Source: Marsupella aquatica
Taxonomy: Eukaryota; Plantae; Marchantiophyta
Assembly (NCBI GenBank): GCA_973895155.1
Contig: OZ316892.1
Location: 14,810,861-14,874,860, forward strand
Direction: 5' to 3'
DNA length: 64,000 bases
Shown here piece by piece: positions 37,266 through 51,600 of the stretch. The notes beneath the pieces were generated by a model. The model did not search any database and was not told where the DNA came from. It worked only from the letters and a program-made list of their open reading frames with translations. Numbering within the stretch: position 1 is the first letter of the stretch; every line of letters begins with the position of its first letter. Position numbers and translations under genes: made by a program.

Positions 37266-39641
37266 CATCAAAAGATAATCTTTCCATGCCTCACAATGGG
37301 AGAACTACTCTCCACACAAACCCAACTGAACCCTATCGGCTCATATAACACACATACAAAACATACAAACCTAGATAGTACAATATACTATAATACTACC
37401 TAGAATGGTGTGACATGTTAAACCTGTGTTCAGATGTGAACATGTGATGCAAGCATAGGCATAGATGGGGTTTTGCATGCTTTGGTAGAACTTGCAAAAC
37501 AGTTGTTGGATGACTTAAAAAAGTGTCAAATATCATGGTCCAGAAAATGAATGACATTGCTGCCTAGAGAAACTTTGTGGATTGCTACCACTAGTGAAAG
37601 CCCTAATCCAGTGCAGGTTGGGATAATGCATCACTTTGCAGGGCACCCATGTGGATCCTAAACCCTAACACCAAGGTACACGTGGACTTCTTGAACCAAC
37701 TTGGTGTGTTACAACTTACAATGACTGTTTGTATGTCTTACTCTCCTTATGGTCTCCATAATATTTTATGCAAAAATGATATCAATAAAGCTCTTTTTCT
37801 CACACTTCCACTGACTTTGTTCATGACAAAATGGTGGATTCTAGGAAAAATGTTCTATCCTTTTAATCAAAAATAGAAAAAATTGCAACAATGGGATTTG
37901 ATGAAGATCTTACAAAATATTTGTGTTGCACTTACAGCTACAAACAATGAATTGCATGTCAAGTTGTGAACACAGCTTAACAACGCTAAAAGGATTACTC
38001 ACTTATTGAGTATAGAGTTGTTAATTAAACAAACATTGGAGTGGAGAGACCCACTGACCTCCATAGTTCTTGAAGCAATTTAATGAAATTGTTGGGACCC
38101 TACAGCAACTAAATGGTGATTTTCGGTTTGAAAGAAATTCAGAGGAGATCCCATGGAAGTCAGTGGGTCACACCTCAGGTTACACAACTGGCCAACTCAC
38201 TTGCATGCGGACAACTAAGATGGCTGAAGGGGCCTACAATACCAAAAATTCAAAACAAAGACAAAGCCCCAGACCCTTGGCCCGTAGCTTATGCAATTTG
38301 GAAAGAGCATGCAAACACCACAATGGAATCAATTTTGGACCAACTTTATTGGTTTTTTCAATTGTTTAACCCCCCAAAAGAAGCCAATGGGACAGGAAAG
38401 ACAATCATGTTAATATGCCATAAAATGCCAAAACCAACTAGTACCTGGAGCCAAAGATATTGGTACTTCTATGAAGCCCTTAAACTTAAAGTCTGGTTGA
38501 TGTAGGTGAGTTGGACCCACATTGTTACTCACTTCAGATTTGCAGCCACCAATTAGAGAGGGGTTCATGCAAGGAGGATCCTGCCACATCTAGAAGAATC
38601 AAAGTCGTAGGCAACTGCAAGTGGTCTGGCTCATCCACATTGTAGTAATTGGGTCTCATAATAATGTTTGACCATTGCAATAAGTCTCTAGCAATAATTT
38701 ACAGACAAGAAAGACAAATTTAAGAAATATTTCATACTATGAAAAGTATCAAACTAATTGGATTTTAGAACACATTTTTGTCATCAGTTTCCTATGAAGT
38801 CGCAAATATACACACTTTTTATATACAAAGGGACCAATCAGAGTACAAATGAACAAACAAAAGAGGGCCCAAGTGGACAAAACCAATCGAAAAAGAAGTG
38901 AGCAAAAGGGAACCACTAAACACCAAGAAAGAGTAACTAAAAGTAAGAAATGAGCAATAGGGAACCTCTAAAAACCAAGAAAGAGAGACTAAAACTAACC
39001 CAAGCGGACCGAGGTCCTCATCATTCCTAGCGAATGTGGCAAAAAGTTACTGGTCCACATCAAGTCAAAACTAGATCGTCAAACTATGAAGGGCTTATTG
39101 ATTCCTTTCAATTGCATATCGTGCAATGTATATAGAGCACTTTTGTCTTCTTCAAGATGTCTACACACTACAACAAACTATCATATAGGAAGCCTTTTTA
39201 GCTTGGCTGTGGCCGGACTGACGGCTACTGTAGCTAAAGGCTAAGGGTTCCCATATTCATTCTGGAACTCTTTCCAAAACCAGTACGGTGACAAGGTTAT
39301 CTTGTCAACTGCTTTTCAATAAAAATACTTAGTGCAAATCTCACATTGTTTCTTAGGAGAAAAAATGCAACATTAACGACAAATTGTAAATGCTTGGCCA
39401 ATAATAAATGATTTGCCAAGAGTGACCTGGCTGTGTGGTAGCTCACTTGAGTGGAGACCAATAGGTCTTGGGTTTAACTATTGTGACTGACTATTCACTT
39501 TTGTGGGGTTTCACAGATTTCAACTCCACAGATCACAAAATTGAAAGTTATTAGGCCTGAGGAAATACAGAACAAGATTTTGATGTTCACATTGGTGCAT
39601 TACTTTTTGAGGTAGTCTTTTGGAAGTTGTAGGTGGGCAGG

Positions 39642-39920
39642 GAGAGAAATACTAGATGGACCCCTTAAACTGATAATTGTTACATAATGGATCCTATGAG
39701 GTCCCATGAGATTTTAGTATCGTTGATTTAAGGTCTATCAAGGGTATGGATCACTCATGGGGTCCATCTAGTAAAGATTTTCATTTTGGGAATCCATCAA
39801 CCCTATGAGGCCCCATGAGATTTTAGGACCGTTGATATAAGGTCCATAAAGGGTATGGATCACTCATGGGGTCCATCAAGTAAAGATTTTCATTTTGGGT
39901 GTCCATCAAGAATATCTCTT
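39642..39920. mobile_element. 279-bp MITE with 9-bp TSD (Mutator-like)
   Basis: GTGGGCAGG flanks both ends (39633-39641 and 39921-39929). Imperfect TIRs GAGAGAAATACTAGATGGAC / GTCCATCAAGAATATCTCTT. Internal ~110-bp tandem duplication. Confidence 0.8.
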
Positions 39921-41199
39921 GTGGGCAGGCCATGAAAACAATGTAAAACTATCATCAAGAGAATATGCTCAACCATAAGTACGTGAGCTAGAAAACCATG
40001 TATAGCTTAAGTTGTATATTAGTGCATTCTCCCCAATAACTACGGTCACTACTTTGTAACAGTAACCCATCACAATGTTTTTTCCATTATTGTACAATGT
40101 TCTATTGACTTGTAAGCGGAATTTTACCAGCTTTTGAGTACGTTAGGATTCACCACATATAAAATTTCCCTTGTCACCCTCTGTCTCCAATTTGTTGGAA
40201 GTTCTTGGAAACAAATTGTTTTCAATCAGACACAAAGGAGTTGGTCCCACAAACTAGTTCTTGCATTCCTTAAGTACCAAATTAACTTAATTTGAATCCA
40301 AAACTTGCATATAGAATGCCACAACGGCCAAAGTTGAGCATTTATTAAAAACCTAAGGCAGATTCTTCGTTCCCCATTTGCTTCGAGAGTTCCATGGTTC
40401 TAGATCTCAGCAATATTTGCAAGGGATGAAATCCTTCCTAGGTCACTTACAGAAATGAACTTCGCTGATCAACACTTGACCTGTTCTTGGACACAGGTAA
40501 GGCCAGCTCCCTCTTCCTTTCTTGGTTTAGCCAAAACAATAGTGTTGACCCTTCGTCTCACCTAATCTTACTGTCTGCCCTGGTCAAAATCATTTCTATC
40601 TCGTTAAGCTCCCTCTCTGACCAGTTCTATAAGTTCAGAGTACCACGGTACCAATTAATTCTCATCGGACTTGCATGAAATATCATTACATTTTATTGAA
40701 GGAAATAAAGCAACGTCACAATCTTATTCTCATGTTTTTGTTTTTGCATTTTAAGAATAATGTACACACTGAAAGTCAGTGTTTACATCCAATGCTTAGA
40801 ATCTTTTGTCCAAGCTGTGACCGTCTACAGAAGTTTACTTTGGCATTGAACGCCGATTCTAACAAACCCACAAAGATTCAGGTGTAGCCTTTTTGTGACA
40901 GTTTGAAAAGCCGGAAAATGAGTTGCACTACCAGAAAACTTAAGAAATTGCTTAGCAAGAATTCTTTTTCTCGGATAGTACTTTTTCTTAGTAAGAAAAC
41001 ACATAAAGTACTTTTCTAGTCAACAGAAGGAAACCTATTGTAGTCCTTCCGGGTTGCAAGGTTCACGGGGTGGTCCATCCAAGCATTGCTTTTCGTTATT
41101 TCCTGGAATAAAACGTAATGAATATTTCGCGCAGGTCCTGCCTCCAAAATAATAATGCGCTGACCGAAAGTCTTCAACCGAAGAGTCTTCTCAAACAGC

Positions 41200-41530
41200 T
41201 GAGCTCTACTCTGCTCTGCTCTAGTCGTGTTTTCTCTCTCCATGAGCTGAGCTGAGAGCTGAGCTGAGCTCTACGGGGGGAACTCTAGTCGAGTCTGCTC
41301 TCTCGGTGAACTCTCTCGGAGGAGTGTCGCACAATTTGTAGAGAAAGTCGCTGGGACAGATTGAGAACGAAATCGGCCCACCGAATGCACGAATGCACGA
41401 ATGCACGAATGCAAGCAAAGCACGCAGAGAAGCGCAGGACACAGACTTGAAGACCACGGTAGATCCGTTCGGCTCGGCTCGGCACGGCTCGGCTCGGCTC
41501 GGATTGGATTGGATTGGATTGACTGGGCTG
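41200..41530. repeat. Compound microsatellite cluster upstream of CLC paralogue 2
   Basis: (CTCTG)n, (GCTGA)n, (GAATGCAC)3, (CTCGG)n, (GGATT)n. Confidence 0.85.
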
Positions 41531-42124
41531 AGGCTTACTTGCTGGAATAGAGGAATCGGCATCGTAATGTTGTGCTGAATTGTCGTGCGCGTCCACCGGC
41601 TTCTGTCTGAGCAGATCTGATTCTCGCAACTTTGCTACTTTCTGAACCCTATGCGTTCGGAACGACGCCACGGCGTTCGAAGATCGAATCGGAAATGTCT
41701 TTCTTCCGCGTTGGGGACGGGCGACGACGATGATGATCATTTCGCCTTCTGTGTTGTCTCTGTCTGAGGGAGGAAAGAATTGGGGATAGCGTGGTTGATG
41801 GAGGGCGGCATTGGGTCGGATGATGAGCAGAATTTGATGCCGAGAACGCGAGGAACTTACATTGTAACCTGAAGAGGAAACCAAGATTGGATTGATTGCT
41901 GCGGAGGAAGAGGCGGTCGAGCTGGAGGGAGTGGAGGTGAAGGGACCGATCATGCGGATTCAGTAAAAGTGGACGAACCAGCCGAGTGGAGGAAGTGGAT
42001 GGGGCCGTCTGACCGCAGCCATAGTAGGGAGGAGGAGATCCAGTTGTGGTGCTGTTGACAATTGCTGGCACGGACCACACAGGTCGGCCTGAATTAGGCA
42101 GATACTGCACGAGCACGATATAGA

Positions 42125-45100
42125 ATGGAAAATAATCCGTTGATCCACACGGGAGGTTCTTCTCGTAACAGAGCTGGCATATCTTTTAACAGTGCTGAGA
42201 GTTTTGAAACAGTGAAAGAACCGGTACTTTACGAATTACCACCAAGTCCACTGAAAGAACTGAAAAGGGCGTCTGTGACATCTGATAGGCAAGGATCGCA
42301 TCTTGTTACTGTCTCAGATACCGATTTTGAGATCGGTGGAAAGAATATTTATTTAGGTAGAGGAAGCGAGAGGAGGCCATCAGGAAAGGAACGCGTGCTA
42401 GATGAGCAGGCAGAGCCTTTAATGGATTCGACTAGGACATCTGTAGCATTTGGTGGAAATGACAGGCGGCCATCAGGAAAAGAACTGGCGCTAGATGAGC
42501 ATTCAGAGCCCTTGAGGGATATGAAAAGGGGGTCTGTATTGTCTGGTCGTCGAGTATCTCGTCTTCCTTCAACTTCAGATATGGACAGAGACCCAGAGTC
42601 AGTGTCCGAAAGAAACAGAGGACGAGGGTCTGTCAACCACAGTAGCAGACGGACATCAAGGATAGTTTCTCCACCATCTGAAGCGGAGTCAGATGTTCAG
42701 AGCAGACAACACGATGAGAATGGAGAAGCGGATCCTCCAGAATTCACACCTCGACAGAGTTCTTTAGAGAGAACAAATTCAATTGCTGCCCAAGTAGGAG
42801 AGAGAGTTCCTCCAGAGTGGGCTCTTCTTTTGCTTGGGTGCTTGCTCGGGCTTGCCACTGGGCTCAGCGTCGTGCTCTTTAATAAAGGGGTAACTACCTG
42901 ACGAGTCACAGACCATTTGAATGTATGGACTTTCTCTCGAAATCGCATATTAGTAACTGCACTTACCCTTTCAAACTCTCTTTGTATCATCTTTGTTGTT
43001 AATTTGCTCGTTTGTGGGACCAGGTTTTCTTCATACATGACAGAGCTTGGGCTGGTACACCAAACGATGGAGCCGCATGGTTTCGTCTTCAACAACTCAT
43101 CGACGTCTGGCATAGAATTCTGCTATTACCAGTTGTTGGAGGTGTCGTAGTTGGTATGATGCATGCAGTTCTCGGGATTCTTGATCAGATCAAGGCCTCC
43201 AGACCTCCTCAACCAAGGCATACAATTGACTGGCTTGCTGGGATCAAGCCCACAATCAAGGCCGGTCAGGCAATGGTTACCCTTGGAACTGGGTGCTCTC
43301 TAGGGCCTGAAGGGCCAAGTGTTGACATTGGCAAGGCATGGGCTAATGGACTAGCAACAATAATGAAAAACAATAAAGAGCGGAGGATAGCATTGGTTGC
43401 AGCTGGTGCAGCCGCTGGCATATCTGCAGGTTCGCTTGTTTTCGTCATCTCTGTGTCCATCTGTTGCTCATACAGAGTGTAAAGCGCACAAAGTTCAGCA
43501 TTCATGAAACGTTTCATTTGATGCATACGTTCAACAAAGCCTCACTACCAGGGCGATTCAGATACACATTTGGGATCCATTTATTGTGAGTGGTCTCAAA
43601 TCAATTCCATTGAAAATGCGATGCAGGATTTAATGCCCCGGTTTCTGGAATGTTCTTTGCCATCGAGACAGTCTTGAGACCACAGAATGCGGAAAACTCT
43701 CCTCCTCTGACTACAGCGATGATCATTTTGGCTTCAGTCATTTCTTCGACAGTATCACAAATCCTGCTTGAGGAGACTCAAGCTTTCAGTGTACCCACTT
43801 ACGAGCTACGATCTGCAGCTGGTAACCCCTCTTCCGAAGTTGACACACGTCTGACACCACTTAAAATTATGTCTGAGTGGTCTCAAACTTGAGACGATTT
43901 CTAAGTGGTCTCACACTTGTTTCACTAAGGCTGGTTTTTTATGGCTATCGACGTATTTCAAAGACTAGGATCATTCTGGTGTCCAAAGGCTGTACTTGTC
44001 CATGCACTATGTTCTCAGTTCGTTACTCTACGGAATGCATCACATAGCAGAAAAGCTTAATTGTTATCAGAATTTTACCTAATGTTGGCAATGGCCTCCC
44101 TAACCGTGCTGCTCTGCCGGTGTGCGCAGAACTTCCTCTTTATCTGCTACTTGGGGGAGTTTGCGGTGTTGTGAGTGTGATCTTCGTTCGTTTGACAGCA
44201 TATTTCACTGAAGTGTTTGAGTTCTTAAGGGACCAAATTGGCGTACCTCCAACTGTTACCCCAGCTATTGGAGGCCTTGTAACCGGCGTAATTGCTCTAA
44301 AGTATCCAGGAGTACTGTACTGGGGATTTTACAATGTGGATGAGATCTTACACTCAGGGAAATCAGCAATTGCTCCAGGAGCAGGGTTGGTGACACAGCT
44401 GATTTGTGCCAAGGTTGTTGCGACTGCGTTCTCGAAAGGGTCAGGACTTATCGGTGGTGTCTATGCCCCCAGCTTGTTCATAGGAGCAGCGGTTGGATCT
44501 GTATATGGTACCATCGCCGGGAAAATAATCGATGCTGCCCTACCTGGTCAAGACACTGTTGCGCATCCACAGGCTTATGCTCTGGTACAGTCTTTACTTT
44601 ACCATAACTACGATTCTTTCATATGATGAGCCTGCCAGGGAAGAGGGATCAAACTTAGGATGCCTCTCCTGTTAGTCTTTCTTGCTTGAAATGGATATGA
44701 TGGGATATTTTAACTAACCAGCTTAATCCAGCATTCCCTGCAACGTTTCTTTGCATGCCTTTGTTTATGGTAATCTCACTAAGATTGATTGTACATCGAC
44801 TGTTTTTTGACAGGTGGGCATGGCAGCATTACTGGCAGCGGTGTGCTCTGTTCCGCTGACATCTGTACTACTTCTTTTTGAGCTGACAAAAGACTATCAC
44901 ATTCTGCTTCCTCTTATGGTATGGGATGTTACTAGTTGCTATTTAGCTGAATCCTTAGTGTCTTCACTGTTTTCGTGTTTCTTTTCGATGCACATGGTGA
45001 GCCCAAGTGACCAACTATTGATATGTAATTGATCATGCTGCGAAGAGTCTTCTCTTTGGTTCTGGAATCAGCAAGATGAGCTTTTAATATGGTTTTCAGC

Positions 45101-47012
45101 TAGTCGAGCTTGTCATAGGGCTCATTCGCTTGATCAAAGTTTGAGTGCGTCAAACACATCGTCGTCGGACTACCAGTTCAAATAAATGCTTTACTTGTGT
45201 TAGTATTGTCATACCTAGAGTACAGTTCTGCAATTGCGCTGTAAGTTCTCCCAAGATTTCCTGAATTTTTTGAAAGTACTCCTGCGATGTTTGACGAATC
45301 GGATAGTGTGATGGTGTCCTGGCTGTCTCTTTCACTAATCTTGGTCCTCATTTATCGACCTCGTGTGATGGTTGGTGTTGTCTCCCAGGGTGGAATAGGG
45401 GTAGCCATTTGGGTTGCAGCAGTTGCAAAACAAACCACTGAAAAGCACTTTTCAACATCTGTACCATTTGGTGGCAGATCATTTCAACCTTTAGGGACGG
45501 ATGAAGAGGGAGCAGTTGATCACAGTGGTCATGACCAGCTGGTGTGGAGACGAACTGGCAGTGGAACAGAATTGGAACTTTGTAGACTGGATGATTATGA
45601 AGGACCAAATGTGGTTTCAGATGCTGAACTGAAGGACAGCATAAAGGTTCGTCCCTGACAACAGCAGTACAGCACTAAATTGGCTTTATATTTTGAACGA
45701 GCCTACTTTCATCGTTGCCGTAAATTTATAATTATTTCTCATGCGCACCAAGGGGTCACGTGATATTTACATTTCTCACATTGGGTATTGAAGGCTTTAA
45801 ACTGTGCCAGATTTCTTATTGGCTGGTCATGGTTGTGCTACAGGTCTCTCAAGCAATGTCCAAAACCTTTGTCAAAGTCCAAGCCATTGCTACAGTCAAG
45901 GAGACCATTGCACAGATACTTCTAAAGCAGCAGCGATGTGCCCTTGTTGTCGATGAGAATGACCTCTTAGAGGGTGTCTTCACTTTTTCGGATCTTGAGA
46001 AAGAAGTTATGCGAGCTGCAGAAAGTTCTTACCGGGGACATCGAGCTGTGGTCGATGTAAGTCTGGACTCAGAAATTGACCCTTGCTGTGCATAAGATTG
46101 ATCTCTGCGAAAACTGTCACAGATAATGTTGATACTGAGATTGTGGTGGCAGCAAAATCACCTGCCACAAGTTGTGCAGAAGCGTTAGAGCACTGTCGAG
46201 AACTTAGTACTGAGCATTCATGAATCTTGTTCCTAATGGTCTTACATTTCCAGTGGACTTTGCACATATAAATGGGTGAAACATCGCTGCAAAATTTGCG
46301 ACCCACTCCTACTGACATTAGTCTCGAATAAATGCAGGTGGACAAGATGTTGGTTGCTGCAATGTGCAGTGGCAAGGGAGATAATAGAGGCCAAGATACG
46401 GACCTCGTTGTGTGCTTTCCAGACATGAGCCTACGGGCCGTTACAGAGATTATGGATTCTTCTGGATTTAAGCAACTTCCAGTTGTGGGGCGAGCAGGGA
46501 AACGATGGCAGGAGGAGGGTCGTCATGTTGTTGGCTTTATTGATCGTGATGCAATTCGTCGCTGTGTTAGGTATGTCCTCACTTTTGTATGTACAGTCGA
46601 ACCTAAGTATTGAAGATTCCGGTAGTAAACGTTTTATCCATGGATTCTTCCTAGCCAGTGTACATGAACCCTGAGAAACATTACTTCCACAACGCTCCAG
46701 CAAGCGGTGTTTGATGCATGGGGTGTCGCTTACTAGCAGAATGTTGACTTGCATCAAGTGAACCTCAAGTAGTATATATCAACCAGACTGGGTCCTACAG
46801 ATTTCTACGCCGATACAGCCGATAGTCTGTGTGCAATTGATATAGGTTCTTTCTACGCGTTACCCTGCTCACATCATATGACCTAAGGTAGATTTTTTTT
46901 AACTTAACTAATATAAACTTCCTGTCACAGAGAGGAGGCCTCAAAACGTATCGCTGCCATACTTGCCAAGGATGACGAGGACGACGATGCACCCCTTCTG
47001 GACGCCCACTAA
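42125..47012 (+). CDS. CLC-f: CLC-f-type chloride/anion channel-transporter, paralogue 2
   Basis: Nine exons: 42125-42889, 43024-43429, 43627-43821, 44130-44584, 44814-44918, 45389-45646, 45844-46056, 46338-46570, 46931-47012. Exons 2-9 match paralogue 1 in length except exon 6 (+3 bp). Same GPEGP, FAIETV and GGVYAPSL motifs. Confidence 0.94.
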
Positions 47013-47659
47013 GAGACGGCCGTTCTGGCAGTATTCAAGTTCCTTAAATTATTTATTGTGTTCGCAAGATGGTGGCAACTCAAAAGGGTTAACTCAAATT
47101 AGAGTAGATACATTTCACAAGCGAGAGCCAGCTGGGCTGGATCAGTGGAAGCTACAAGGATCTGGGTTGGGCCTTTTGCGTCAATTCCATTCAAATTCTT
47201 TGTATCAGCGGTTCATTCGGTGCACTTTTACCAGCATTGTGACAGCTCCAATAGGCTCCCAGAAACATTTATATTCAGTAGACGGTTTTGACCATTAAGA
47301 TTGGACTAGCGAGGAAGTAAAATTCCTCTACACAAAATTTTGTTCACTGCAATTTCAGGCTGCACCCGATATGATCTGCAGTTTCCTCACCTGATGCCCA
47401 GTGGATGTCAGGAAGGGACATCATGGATGGGGTGAGATTGCTATGTATAGCCTCCATGCAAACTCGCCGGGTGGGGTGCAGTTCAGTGGAGTTACAATTG
47501 TACATGCAGATTCTTTACTCCAGGCACAGTAAACAAGGACTCTGGAGTCAGTTTTACTCGACATTGTGTTGCTTCTCCCCTTATTTTCACTTCATGGAGA
47601 CATTTTTGGCATAACTTTGGAAGATAAGGAAATGACATCTACTGCTAATGATTTGACGC

Positions 47660-47779
47660 GCAAGAACCACATGTAATCTGAACATCATGGCATGGAACCA
47701 AGCAAGAACCACATGTAATTTGAACATCATGGCATGGAACTAGGCAAGAACCACATGTAATTTGAATATGGCATGGAAC
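47660..47779. repeat. ~42-bp tandem repeat x3
   Basis: GCAAGAACCACATGTAAT(C/T)TGAACATCATGGCATGGAAC, just beyond the end of the CLC paralogue homology. Confidence 0.9.
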
Positions 47780-48673
47780 ACTGCCTACATACTAGTCAAT
47801 AAGATGGCGAGGCAATCTGTAGAACCAACAGGAAGAGGCCCAAGCACAAAGAATCAGGGTTGGAGCCACAATGTCATTCGCTTATCCAGTACGCTACATT
47901 TTAGATTAACAGCTGCCCTCCACTAAGATACCGTGCGAGAGTACTTGTCGAGGCAAACAGACATGTGATTCTATTTGGGAAGCATCCAACTTGCACATCT
48001 GCTGTCTGTCTTACTTTTTTATGGTCCTAACCTTTCGAGTAAAATTCAGTGGTCAGCTTTGTAGACCAACTGCAAGCCGTTCATCATTGGACGAATGTTT
48101 CCCACCTTTCACAACCCGAATTCGAAAATTAACACAGTATTAAGACTGACTGCTTTATATGTACAAAATGATAACATTACTTCCCGAAGTTGATACCATA
48201 GAAGCACTGCCTATGTGCAGAAATTTATTTATCATGCATTCAGGTCATCCTCAATATCAAGTCTTTTCACTAAATAGATAGATTTACAAAGACTTCGGAT
48301 GACCTCCTTCTATACAATATCTAGTAGAATACACAACTCCTGCTTCACTATTCTGCCCTGATGAATAGCACGCTGTGCTGTTTTCACAATCTAAATGTGA
48401 AAATGTGTTTATCTAAACGTCTTACGAAATTACCTATATGTCTTTTAGCCTAAACCTGAAGAGCATTTCTCCTACTTAAAAGGGAGATCATTTGTACCAG
48501 ATAGGGCAGTTCAGCCGTTTGCCCCACTATGTCCTCCCTATCTGATTGTCCTTTTTCTCCCAGGTACTGGACAGGAGGGAGAGACTTTTGGCATTTACAT
48601 GGACACCAAAGCAGAAGAAATATTTGGAAAGTGTCCAAACAAGAATCTTAAACATATAGCAACAATTCTTACT

Positions 48674-51600
48674 TTAATAAAAAAACAAAGCTGAGGAATC
48701 GACGCCGTTGGGAGCATCCTTAGACAACATGGTTCGAGCCTCCATTACAGACCGGGGAGGATCAAGATCCTTCTCTTGCAGGGCATGACCCTGCAATCTC
48801 TGCATCTGCGACGCAAATATATCATCCAAGATCTGCAACGCAATTGTGTAGGACTCGGGGTCAGAATTGTATTTTTAAACAACTCATAAGAACCAGTGTG
48901 TTAAAGTTCTTCCCTGATAGTAAGTGCTCACCATATCAATCGAGGTCCCAAAACTTTTTGGAACAAGACCATAATGACCGAAACGAGACTGTTGCAAAGT
49001 TTCGAAGTCTTACCCCTAGTGCAACCGATGAACCCTTGTACCACGATCTGTTTTCCTTCCTATTTTCTAAGAAGTGTAGCACATCCTGAAAAACAAATGC
49101 ACTCATTATCAACTGTGTCTCAAGAGCGGGGTCCTCAGCATACAAAGGTAAATTGGCACAGATCACATCGCTAGAAATCCATACAGTAGGAGAATTCGTT
49201 CGGGGCCACATATCCAGAATGAAAAATCGAATATCAGCAGTACACGTCACGAGATAAGTAATCCTCCAAATGAAACCTCACCCGTGCCATCCGGTCCCAA
49301 AAGCCTCGGCAAACGGCCACAAAAACACGAGAGGCAAACACCTCATGCAGATGCGAGATAGTTTCAATGAGTTGATTACTAAGGGGTTGCATGCGTTCTC
49401 TTATGTCCGATTCACCTCCAGCCTCTCTGGTATCTTGCAAAATTTTCTTAAGCTTTGTTGAACGCTGTAGCCGAGCCTGCATTAGTCAAGATCACAACAC
49501 ATGTTTTGAGCTGTAAGCAAGGTATTCAGCGGTACTAACTACAGATCAAGCTAACTAACCTGTTAGCGAAAGGATCTAGCATGCAAAATGATGACCAGGT
49601 ACAATCATAACTCAGAGGCGGTAATACAAATGAGATTATGAATCTGGGAAGGAAACCCAATATCTGAAGAGCTGAAAGGGATAAAAGAGTATGTATATAA
49701 TACAGTACATTATCTGCCAATTTCTCCACTATTGCATGGAGATAATTCTTGTACTTCGCCCGTACTTCTATTGTGACCTCGTTGAAATGTTCACCAAAGG
49801 CAGCCTTCCCAACACCCCCTCCTTCGGTTGGAAGACATGCCACCCACCCCTTCATATGCTGCTCCACCTTGGGCCGCAGGGTATCCAACAATCTTTTCAT
49901 GGAATTGAGCATGACTCCCAGCTGATGAAGACAACAAGTCCAAATCATAAATATCGATTTGTATCTCATGAGACATCATCCTAGTCCAAAATTAAAAGCT
50001 GGACACTTCAAGCACAAATATGGGAATCCACCATATCGATCAGAATGGAAAAGTTAATCCAGATTCGAGGAAAACAAACCTGGCTTGGGACACTGTAAAG
50101 ACTGATTGATCGACGCCTTGTGAGCTTCTGCATGTATTGAATGCTGAATTTCTTCGGAATCATTATATCTTTTAGAGGCGTGAGCACATCAGAATACTGT
50201 TTTTCTATGGCTGATATGATTGTCCTTTCAACATCAGCGATAGCCTGTGAAATCACCACAAAAACATCTTAAAAACTTTCCTTCATAAGGGTACTGTCAC
50301 CCGATCTTTGTAAACGGGAATACCATGAAACCAAGATGAAAAGAAGGTGGGAGAGGAAGTAGAAGACAACATTTCCCCCATATTTCCCCCATATTGAAGA
50401 ACACAGTATCTGCGATGAGAAGTGTGATACAATCGCATTCAGAGCAGAAACGTAAGTAGTTTAAGCCCAGAGCTGCTCACAATTTCTAAGGGAATTGTAT
50501 ACTCTGGCCAGCGGTTGATGATGACCTCGTACTCATTCAAAGTATCTCTTATGCGCTCATACATCTCTTCAACAAAGGGCACAGTGACATTCTGTGTCGT
50601 CACCCACATATAGCGGTCCTGGGGAAAAAACGAAGCTTTTCAGTGAATTGTGGGAGGCCAGAAACCCTCTAATATGCATGAAGGCCATAAATAACACGAG
50701 CCGGCTTGCTTCAGAGTGACATATGCACCCTTGCGCGTACCGAATTACCTCAAAAGTTGATTCCAATCAACCTCCATTCCACCTGATACAATTAGGACGA
50801 GCATAACATAGGAAATAGTTCTCCAGAGTCTAAGACTTACCTTGTCCACTTTGCAAAAGTCAAGAAGTTGAAGTTTTTTGTCTTGTATCCATAATACAAT
50901 GTACAGATGGAACAGCTCGGTTGCATCCACACCACCTTTGGATGGTCTGTAAAGACCCCAAACTAGCATTATTAGCTGTTGTCATGAAATGAAATGAGAA
51001 TGTGTTGAATCACAAGGTCTCACGGTGCATTCGAATCATCGGCATTGAAAGCATACATGAGATTTGAAGACATACCTGAGTCCCCATGAAACCAGGTCTT
51101 GTTGGAAGTCAGCAGTTGCAATCATCAGCTCCGCGACAGGGGGCGTTGGACTTGGAGGTGGACATGCTACCAAAAACGATCGAAGCCTATCGCAGAGCTC
51201 CACATTGTAGATGCCAGCCACTATGTTTGGCAAATCAATTGAACTGATTCAAGTAAATCGCAAATTAGCACCCATAATATTTCTCCTGTCATGAGAACTC
51301 TAAATTCTTCTATCAAGCTTTCGATGAGAGAGAATCGCAACTCAAACCAGTGTATCCCATGAAAACAAAAAAGCAGATAAGAGTATTTCTTCCTACACGG
51401 ATGTGTTGCATAGACTTTTGATATACATTATGAAAGCATGAACCTACTTTTCCTAATGTGCCACAAACCAACCTTGGGAGAACATGCTGGTTGTGTATGT
51501 CAATATCAGTGCGAACTTCGTTACTGATGTTCATACAAAGGGTCTTCATCTTTTGATATGCAGTTCCCAGGGTCAAAGGATCCATTAGAAACCCATCACT

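Noticed and set aside
38070-38505. ORF with AYAIWKEH, faintly like a LINE C-terminal WxIWKxRN motif
   Set aside because: A single weak motif with no RT or endonuclease remnants nearby.
41221-42148. Minus-strand ORFs of 113-222 aa upstream of CLC paralogue 2
   Set aside because: Low-complexity, microsatellite-derived translations in a GC-rich leader, with no domain signature.
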